The notes under the pieces: model-generated
Told to the model about the DNA's origin: nothing
Database searches by the model: none
What the model saw: the letters and a program-made list of their open reading frames with translations, nothing else
Part shown: positions 55,701 through 64,000 of the stretch, in pieces
Numbering within the stretch: the stretch's first letter is position 1
How the letters are laid out: every line of letters begins with the position of its first letter
Assembly (NCBI GenBank): GCA_951406725.2
Contig: OX597815.1
Span: forward strand, 54,932,001 to 54,996,000
Length of the DNA stretch: 64,000 nt
Reading direction: 5' to 3'
DNA from: Octopus vulgaris
Taxonomy: Eukaryota
Program-made: the position numbers and the translations under genes

Positions 55701-57107
55701 GGGGAGATAGGAGTGATTGAAAAGTATGCATTAGAGAGAACGAGAGAGATCTATTATGAAGAGTGAGGATTAAAACAAATATTCGTTACTTGTTGGATGC
55801 AATGAAAGCAAAAACAAAATGGACACATGAACACAAACGAAAAAACTGTTCAAAACTGATGGATGAAATATGAATTAAAATGTTTGAAAGGATATGAAGA
55901 AAAAAAGGAAAACAATTCAAAATTTCAAAAGTCATTAATAAAAGCCTGTCTCATGATTGATTGAAATTTAGAATAACTTATATCACGATCAATTGAAAAC
56001 CATGTGGAAATTTAAACATTTATAATAAAGGAATATAAGTATCAAATACTATGGTCAGAAGGAATCAGTAGACTGAAAATAGAATAAGAATGCATCCATG
56101 TCCAAAATAATTATGATAATAACGGTAACAATTTGTAAAAGAAAGATACGGCTATGTATGTCACCTGTGCAGTGGAAGAGGTCTCAAAATCAAAAATTTT
56201 CAAGAATGCAATAATTCAAAAATTCAGATTTTCACTTTAAAGCCAATTTGTCCTTAAAACAGGATAAACAACTTACTTAAACGTAACTGACATTTCAAGA
56301 AATTGTAGTAGGATCCATGTCTATAGATAAACTTTAGAAAAAGCAAAACCAGATTCTTTCAACTGCCATATGTTTTCTCATTTTCATTAGCTTCAGAGCT
56401 ACTTAAGTTACTTAACCAAGAAACTGAAGTTCTTACAATGAGAATACCTAATTTTCATGGTGCTTCTATTGGCCCCTCAGAAAATGCCTAGATATTAAAG
56501 TTAAGAAATCCTTAGCTACATTTATATTTGGCATTTATACTGAATTTGGATTGAACCATTAGCTCTTTATGGTCCTGTTCTTCTATACCTCCTGGGATTA
56601 TTTTCAGTGTTCACTTAATGGATCTGCCTTGAGAACCCGCTGCTCTTAAGAGCATCATTGGAGTAAGATGAAGCTGTGTTGAAGGCTTCTTCATCCATTA
56701 ACAAAGAAGAGATTCATTTATATTATGAACTATACTCTTAAGGATAAAAGACAAGTGATTGGAAGTCTTAAGATAGAATAGCCTTTCATTAGGTTTGCAA
56801 TAAGGCCTAAAACTGCTAATTTCTAGGTCTAAGGTAACATCTTAGGCATTGGCACTGTTACAATTCATTTTAGCATTAAATCTTACATCTGTATGCTGTA
56901 TATAGTAAGGTCCTTTCTGAAACTGCCTAGCTTTTTCCCATTCATATCACTCATTATACTTGTATCTACCCATTTGGTTTAAAATCTTATCCTTTAAACT
57001 AGATCTTTTTCTCTCTGTTTATCTAATTTCTCTATCTAATACTTTCTAATTCCCCTTTCCTCCATTTTATATATGTATCCATTATATATAAATACATACA
57101 TACATAC

Positions 57108-57167
<60 letters not shown>

Positions 57168-57170
<3 letters not shown>

Positions 57171-58793
57171 TTGCAACCAAAATGTTCAGAACGGCATTGT
57201 TTTCGTCAGAAAAGTAAGTATAAGTTTTTATTAAAGTGGTTTTATATTCTATAATTTTCACAGACAATAAATACAATATTAATTGTTATTGTCTAAGATT
57301 TTGGTGTAATTTGAGAGGATAATACAAAAGTTATGGATGATTTAGTGATTTACTGCAAAACCCATGGCGGCCAAAATGATCAGAACGGTTGAAAAAATAA
57401 CAAAATAATCAAAAATGACAGAATACTGGAATTATTTAATATTCAGTGTGAAGCCCTTTAGCTTCAATCACACTCTGACATCTTCGACTGCATGAGGAAA
57501 TTAAATTTTCAATTTCTTGCTGGGTGATCTTATTCCATTCTTCCTGAAGGGCATTCCATAATTGCTCAGTTGTTTTAGGATTTCTGGCTTTTGAACGTTC
57601 TCATAGAATATTCCATACATTTTCAATAGGATTGAGATCTGGGTTTTGAGCAGGCCAATCCATAACAATAACCTTTTCAGCCTTGAGGAAGTTCATGACC
57701 ACCTTAGCCTTGTGACATGGGGCATTGTCCTGCATGAATATGGGTGGTCGCTTAGTTGAATTTCTCAGCACAGGCAAGACATGATCTTTTACAAGTTGTT
57801 TATAAACTCCTGCATTTACCTTTCCATGTAATCGCGCTAAAGGGCCCACACCATCTTCAGATATCATCCCCCAAACCATGACACTTCCTCCACCGAATTT
57901 AACACTAGTCTTAAGGCATTTAGGCGACAATTTTTCACCTACTTTTTGACGAATGTACCTTTTCCCATCTGAGCCAAATAACATAAACTTAGATTCATCA
58001 CGGAAATGCAGTTTACCATTTCTCTTGAGACCACAACACATGTTCGGTTGCAAAGGTAAGATGACACTTTTTATTCTTGGAGCTGATCAGTGGCTTCACT
58101 GCTGGTGCTCTTGCTTGTAGGTCATGTTCAACTAAACGACAATACACAGTTTTTCAAGATAAAGTTTTCTTCAATACAATGCTCATTTTCCGAGAAACAG
58201 CAGCAGCAGTTTTAAATCTGTCCTTTTTAACCAACTTTACCATAGCACGATCTTCTCTCTTGGTCGTTTTTCTTGGCCTACCTGTAAACTTTCTTGCTTC
58301 ACACAAACCACAACCATCGTAGACCTTAAGAAATACCGTGTACAACACTTTTTGACTTGTTAAAAATCTTTGCAATAGATCCAATACTTAAATTATCCTT
58401 CCTTCGAAGCTTAATAATCTGCTGACGAATTGGTAACGGAGTAAGTGGCATTATATTAATAAAGTACACTGCAAATATTCTTACTAATGTTTAGTAAACG
58501 AACTGTCACGTAAACAAATTCAAAACATTAGAGTTCGCCGGTTAAATATACTAAAACATGGAGTAAAAGCAACCGTTCTGATCATTTTGGCCGCCATGGG
58601 TTTTGCAGTAAATCACTAAATCATCCATAACTTTTGTATTATCCTCTCAAATTACACCAAAATCTCAGGCAATAACAAATAATATCGTATTTATTGTTTG
58701 TGAAAATTATAGAATATAAAACAACTTTGATAAAAAATTATATCTACTTTTCTGACGAAAACAATGCCGTTCTGAACATTTTGGCCGCCACTG
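57168..58793 (-). mobile_element. Tc1 (DD34E) transposon with ~220-bp IR/DR termini; frameshifted transposase 57436-58451
   Basis: TA-CAGT...ACTG-TA; inner repeats TGGCGGCCAAAATGATCAGAACGG; motifs TGRPRKT, DESKF, QDNAPCH, PDLNPIENVW. Confidence 0.95.
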
Positions 58794-59124
58794 TATATAT
58801 ATATCCAAACTGAGATGATGTGTCAATATAGCTAAGGCTTAGCTTATCACCTCTACCTCTCTTTCTATCATTACCCTTTCTTTTTCATTCACACAGACTC
58901 TCTTTCATTCCCTTTTTTGCCATACCAGACTTATTTCTTTTATTTGTGGTACCCATTTGCTTTTGTTTTAACTTTTCTTTTTATTAATTGTTCTGTTTAG
59001 GTTTCTCAAATTCTATAACAACTTTTGGTTGAACATTTCGTGGCAGCCTATATGACTATTACCCTCTACCAATACATTATGGTTCTTTTCATTGCTATCT
59101 TCAGTTTGGTTTTCCTGTCTATTC

Positions 59125-59490
59125 TCACCTATGGTCATGAATGTTGGGTAATGGAAGAAAGAGTATGATCATGAATACAAATGTCCGAAATGGGGTTCTT
59201 CTGAAGGATGTCTAGAGTAACATTACTCAGCAGGGTGTGTAGCTTAGATATCAGAAAGTCTCTTCTCCACATTGAGAGGTCACAACTCCAGTACTATGGA
59301 CATGAGATTAGAATGAGGTAGGAAGGAATCACAAGAAAGGTTCTTCAAACTAGGCCAACCAGCAGCAGACCAAGAATTAAATGGTTGGATATATCTGTAG
59401 TATTAGTTGGTCATACTTGGGAATCCAACCAGAAAGTCTAACGGTGGTTGTTTCTGATAGGACCTTGTGGGGAGGTGCCTGAACACTCTA
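59125..59490 (+). mobile_element. Very old RTE-like LINE fragment
   Basis: TYGHECW..SEMGF..IERSQLQYYGH..RPRIKWLD with stops. Confidence 0.55.
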
Positions 59491-59564
59491 CTCCCACAAC
59501 CCTCCATGCTAGCATGGAAAACGGACATTAAACGATGATGATGGTATGTATGATTATATATATA

Positions 59565-59920
59565 GGCGCAGGAGTGGCTGTGTGGTAAGTAGCTTGCTTA
59601 TCAACCACATGGCATCTTGGGCAAGTGTCTTCTACTATAGCCTCGGGCCGACCAAATCCTTGTGAGTGAATTTGGTTGACGGAAACGGAAAGAAGTTCGT
59701 CGTATGTATATATATATGTGTGTGTATGTGTTTGTGTGTCTGTGTTTGTCCCTCCAACATCGCTTGACAATCGATGCTTGTGTGTTTATGCCCCTATAAC
59801 TTAGCGGTTCGGCAAAAAAGACAGATAGAATAATTACTAGGCTTACAAAGTCCTGGGGTCCATTGGCTCGACTAAAGGCGGTGCTCCAGCATGACCGCAG
59901 TCAAATGACTGAAACAAGCA
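59565..59920 (+). mobile_element. tRNA-derived SINE with internal microsatellite and CR1-group LINE tail
   Basis: GGCGCAGGAGTGGCTGTGTGGTAAG head; tail GGCGGTGCTCCAGCATGACCGCAGTCAAATGACTGAAAC. Confidence 0.9.
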
Positions 59921-59951
<31 letters not shown>

Positions 59952-60001
59952 TATATATTCATGTAGCTTACGTAGACAAAGACTTCAATGAAATGTTTAT
60001 A

Positions 60002-61294
60002 CGAGGGACGTTCAATAAGTAATGTCCCTGACCCACTTGCAGTTGTTTGATCTAGCTGAAATTTTGCATGTGCAATTATTTATATCTCTATAGATTAACT
60101 GGCAAATTACAGCTCTGAACTAATTGTGGTTTCTGATTTACAGGTGTTTGAACTGAGTCAAGTGTGAAATGGAGCCTGTTGAGTGTCGAGCAGTGATCCG
60201 GTTTTTGTATTTGAAAGGACGCACACCACGGCAGACTTTTGATGAAATGAAAGTAACTTATGGTGATGATGCCCCATCATATGACCTTGTAAAATGCTGG
60301 CATCGTGAATTCAAACATGGTCAGAACTCTGTGGAAACAGCTCCCAGATCTGGTCGCCACCCTTCTGCCATTGATGAGGCATCTGTCCGTCAAGTTGGTG
60401 CTGCCATTTTGGAAGATCGACGCATAACTATTCGCTAAATAGCCCATGAGGTCAAGATTAGTACCGGGTCTGTGGAAACTATCATTCATGACCATTTGCA
60501 TATGCAAAAGGTGTCTGCCAGATGGATTCCCAGGTTGCTCAAACCTTTCCAGAAGCAAGAACGCGTCGAGTGCTCAAGGATGAATTTGGAGATGTGCCAA
60601 GAAGATGAGTCAAAACTTTTCAAAAGACTGATTACATAGGATGAAACCTGGGTCCATCACGATGATCCAGAGACCAAAGCCCAGTCAATGCAGTGGAAGC
60701 ACCGTGACTCACCTCCTCCAAAGAAGGCAAGGGTGCAGCCCTCCACTGGCAAGGTCATGCTCACAATCTTCTGGGACCAGGACGGAGTAGTGATGACAGA
60801 TTTCCTGGCAAAGGGTACCACAATTACAGGAGCCTATTATGCTTCACTTTTGAGGAAATTAAGAGAAGCTATCAAAATCAAGAGGCGGGGCAAGATCAGC
60901 AAAGGCATCCTCCTCCTGCAGGACAACGCTCCGGTTCACAACTCGTGTGTCACCAGATCAGAAGCACAGGCGTGCGGCTATGAACTCCTCCCCCATCCTC
61001 CCTACTCTCTTGACCTTGCACCCTCTTATTTTCACCTCTTCCCAGCCATGAAGTTGTTTTTGAAAGGAAAGCGTTTCCCAGATGATGCAGCCTTCATTTC
61101 TGAAGTCACGTCGTGGTTGGAGGACCAAGCTGGGGTCTTCTACAAAAACGGTCTCCAGAGCTGCATCAAACGATGGGAGAAATGCGTAACTCTGGGTGGC
61201 TTCTATGTAGAAAAAGACTAATAACTGTGCCAAGTTTCGTTGCTCTACTGCTATGGGAAGTGGGTCAGGGGCATTACTTATTGAACACCCCTCG
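60002..61294 (+). mobile_element. Full-length mariner (irritans-like)
   Basis: TA-CGAGGG.TTCAATAAGTAATG TIRs of ~37 bp; 1293 bp long. Confidence 0.96.
60169..61221 (+). pseudogene. Mariner transposase, 350 codons in one frame with two nonsense codons
   Basis: Stops at 60436 and 60637; WIPRLL, DETW, QDNAPVH, YSLDLAPSYF (third catalytic D changed to Y). Confidence 0.93.
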
Positions 61295-61555
61295 TATATA
61301 TATATATATATATCATTGCAATTATGTTAAACTGTCATATGTCCAAATTTGGCCAAATGCATTGTTTTCAATATTTACTTTTCCTTGCAATAACCAGTTC
61401 TTTTAGTCAAACTATTGTATCTCCAGCTGCTTCAGATGCCAAGATATCAAAAATTGTCGAAGTGTAGCACAATGGTTTTGCTATGGAATGGTGAAACTAT
61501 TTTTTTCATTTTCTGAAAAAATAATGTTTTGGACTTAGGGCACTATTTTACACAT

Positions 61556-61652
61556 TTCAGCCCGAAGGCTGTAACCATGCTGGGGCACCGCATATATCTT
61601 CATCATCATCATCTATGCAGTGCCCCAGCATGGTTACAGCCTCAGGGCTGAA
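61556..61652. repeat. Inverted pair of LINE 3' tails forming a 97-nt hairpin
   Basis: 39-nt arms (3 mismatches) around a 19-nt (CAT)n spacer. Confidence 0.9.
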
Positions 61653-61666
61653 TAGATACAAACACA

Positions 61667-62062
61667 TACTCTTTTTTTTTACTCTTTTACTTGTTTCAGT
61701 CATTTGACTGTGGCCATACAGGAGCATCACCTTTAGTTGAGCAAATCAACCTCAGGACTTATTGTTTGTAAGCCTAGTACTTATTCTATCAGTCTCTTTT
61801 GCCGAACCACTAAGTTACAGGAGCGTAAACACATCAGCATTGGTTGTCAAGCAATGTTGGTGGGGACAAACACAGAAACACAAATATATACACACACATA
61901 CATATATATATATGACGGGCTTCCTTCAGTTTCCCTCTACCAAATCCACTCCTTGGTTGGCCCAAGGCTATAGTAGAAGACACTTTCCCAAGGTGCCACG
62001 CAGTGGAAATGAACCCAGAACCATGTGGTTGTGTAAGCAAACCACTTACCACACAGCTACGT
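61667..62062 (-). mobile_element. tRNA-derived SINE (same family as 59565-59920)
   Basis: Reverse-complement alignment over the head, microsatellite and tail. Confidence 0.88.
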
Positions 62063-62296
62063 GCACATTAAATCTATTTGTGTTATAGTTATCCAACATC
62101 TCACACACTTTCAATTTTTCTGTGCATTTATCTAAAAGTTGATGTCTAATATGTTAAAGAAAAATGTATGAAAATGTTATTTCTGCAACATAATTTTCTA
62201 TACAATTATTTGTATTACATGAATTTAATGAATTTGTTTATTTTTATATTCTAATCATCCTTTTCCTTTTTCATCTTCTTTCCGCATGTTTTGTAG

Positions 62297-62352
62297 TATT
62301 TCCGATTTAGTGTTGGTGGAATGTCAGATGTTGCAGAAATCAAAGGTCATCG
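62297..62352 (+). CDS. LONP1: Lon protease exon (YFRFSVGGMSDVAEIKGHR); gene continues beyond the window
   Basis: ttgtag/...gtaag; conserved Lon motif. Confidence 0.97.
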
Positions 62353-62425
62353 GTAAGTAGTAAATTCTTTGTTATAACCACTATTAGAGCGTTGTGCTTA
62401 ATATCTTACAATATTTAGTTATGTC

Positions 62426-62633
62426 AAGGCAGTGAGCTGGCAGACACATTAGCACACCAGGTGAAATGCTTAGCAGTATTTTGTCTGTCTTTAAGTTCTG
62501 AGTTCAAATTCCGCCAAGGTCCACTTTGCTTTTCATCCTTTTGGGGGTCGATAAATTAAGTACCAGTTGAGTACTGGGGTCAATCTAATTGACTGGGCCC
62601 CTCTCCAAAAATTTCGTGCCTAGAGTAGAAAAG
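62426..62633 (+). mobile_element. Meta-domain-like tRNA SINE with 16-bp TSD
   Basis: B-box GAGTTCAAATTCC; TTTCATCCTTT.GGGGTCGATAAATTAAGTACC core; AATATTTAGTTATGTC at 62410 and 62634. Confidence 0.85.
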
Positions 62634-63159
62634 AATATTTAGTTATGTCTCTTATGTTTTAAGTTCAGTCTATACCTTCCGTCTATCTGGAGTTGATAAA
62701 ATCACTTTTTATTTAAGTTCCAGAGTGGATTTAATGATTGTATTTTCCCTCAAAAATTTCTGGTCTTTGCATCTGAGTTGAAAAATATTAGACTGTTATA
62801 TTGCTAGAGATTGGGCCATTTGATTTTCTTCTGCTGTATTCTTGATAATTTGTTTATTCTCTTTAGTTTAGGCCTATAGGATAAAAGAGAGTTTTGTTTT
62901 GTCTTATGCCAGAATTTCATAAAATCTTTAAAACCTGGACTGGAAAGGCTGAGTTGAGTGTTTCTCTGGCTCTGAGGTTATGAGAGTGTGTATGCATATA
63001 TTTAGCATATATTTTCATTTACATGCTGTATACAGAAACATCTTTGTGAGACACTTGTACATGGTGTTCCTGTGAGTGTATTCTGCAAGATGGAATGAAG
63101 TATTGTCATTGTTATGACTTTGTTTGGATAGTTGATGCACTATATTATGCTGCTTAGAA

Positions 63160-63330
63160 TGTTTAATGTCCGTTTTCCATGCTGGCATGGGTTGGATGGT
63201 TTGACTGGGGACTGGCTAGCCAGGAGGCATTACAAGGCTCCAATCTGATCTGGCAGTGTTTCTATATGCTGAATGCCCTTCCTAATAGCAATCACTCCAA
63301 GAGTGTAGTCGGTGCTTTTTATGTGCCACT
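63160..63330 (-). mobile_element. RTE-tail SINE fragment
   Basis: TTTAATGTCCGTTTTCCATGCTGGCATGGGTTGG..GGTGCTTTTTATGTGCCAC. Confidence 0.8.
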
Positions 63331-63627
63331 GGATAGATATTTTTTCAAACGCTGAGCTGCTGTTAGAACCACAGAAATACTGGATAAATTACCCTTACAA
63401 GGCAGAAAAATTTGTCAAAAACCAGCCATGGGACTCGAACCCTTACCTCTCAAAGACTTTTTCATACAATACACATTTCAATGCTTCTGATAAAAAAAAA
63501 AAAAATTTGTTTACATTTATACACACATGAATGTTCCATAAATCTAAACTATTTAACATCTAATTTGGCAAATAAATTTGTCAGCGGGCAGTTTAGCTTA
63601 ATGGTAAAGCACTCAGCCAGTCTTTAA

Positions 63628-64000
63628 CCCTTTTGTTACTATATTTCTGACCAAAATACACCCCTTATGTGTTTCAATTAATTTCTAACATAATCATAAA
63701 TTTAGTCTGGTTTCATTAAACAACTATAACTTTTTTATTTATCAATATATTAATGTGATTTTTGGAAGATAATTTAATGAAATGTTCTCAACCAGTTCTA
63801 TACTATAATTTTTGTCACAAAGTGACTCTAATTGCTGGTAGATACAGGTAAATTCAACAAAATATAAAATTATTAAAATTTTGTTCAAATATCGCTATAG
63901 AAAATGGGTTATTAGCTAATATTCAATTGGGTATACAACAAAATTTTATGATAGAATTTGTTATTCTGGTAACTTTCTGATACCCATAATAATATTTATG
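63628..64000. mobile_element. Possible piggyBac-type MITE left end
   Basis: TTAA^CCCTTTTGTTAC terminus; partner TIR not in the window. Confidence 0.35.

Noticed and set aside
56170-56190. CAGTGGAAGAGGTCTCAAAAT resembling the 5' half of the pLTR hammerhead
   Set aside because: Core mutated and the GACCGAAAC half is absent
63420-63620. tRNA-like B-box (minus) and A-box (plus) fragments
   Set aside because: On opposite strands with no cloverleaf; at most SINE debris

Overview
AT-rich, repeat-saturated eukaryotic (metazoan) DNA. The SINE/LINE families and very long (TA)n tracts suggest an octopus (coleoid cephalopod) genome; this is inference. The only host gene is a mitochondrial Lon protease (LONP1-like) on the + strand. 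Eight consecutive GT-AG exons (34034-62352) splice in frame and run from the N-terminal/coiled-coil region through the AAA+ Walker A motif GPPGVGKT. The first ~33 kb is a nest of retroelements sitting in (TA)n microsatellite: RTE LINEs, four CR1-group LINEs, a Penelope-like element (RT + GIY-YIG) and a solo LTR, plus a 100-N scaffold gap. The introns carry two mariners, an IR/DR Tc1, MITEs and SINEs. Most notable signals: (1) three distinct families of hammerhead-ribozyme motifs, one with an unusually long structured stem II; (2) a ~1.6-kb near-perfect palindrome of hammerhead-bearing Penelope pLTRs inside a LONP1 intron; (3) a LINE ORF1 with a Myb/SANT-like N-terminus and a CCCH finger, plus a candidate -1 frameshift into ORF2; (4) a covarying 3' stem-loop shared by LINEs and SINEs; (5) LONP1 codons that A-to-I editing could restore to the conserved residue. 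Most long ORFs in the ORF track are microsatellite artefacts.
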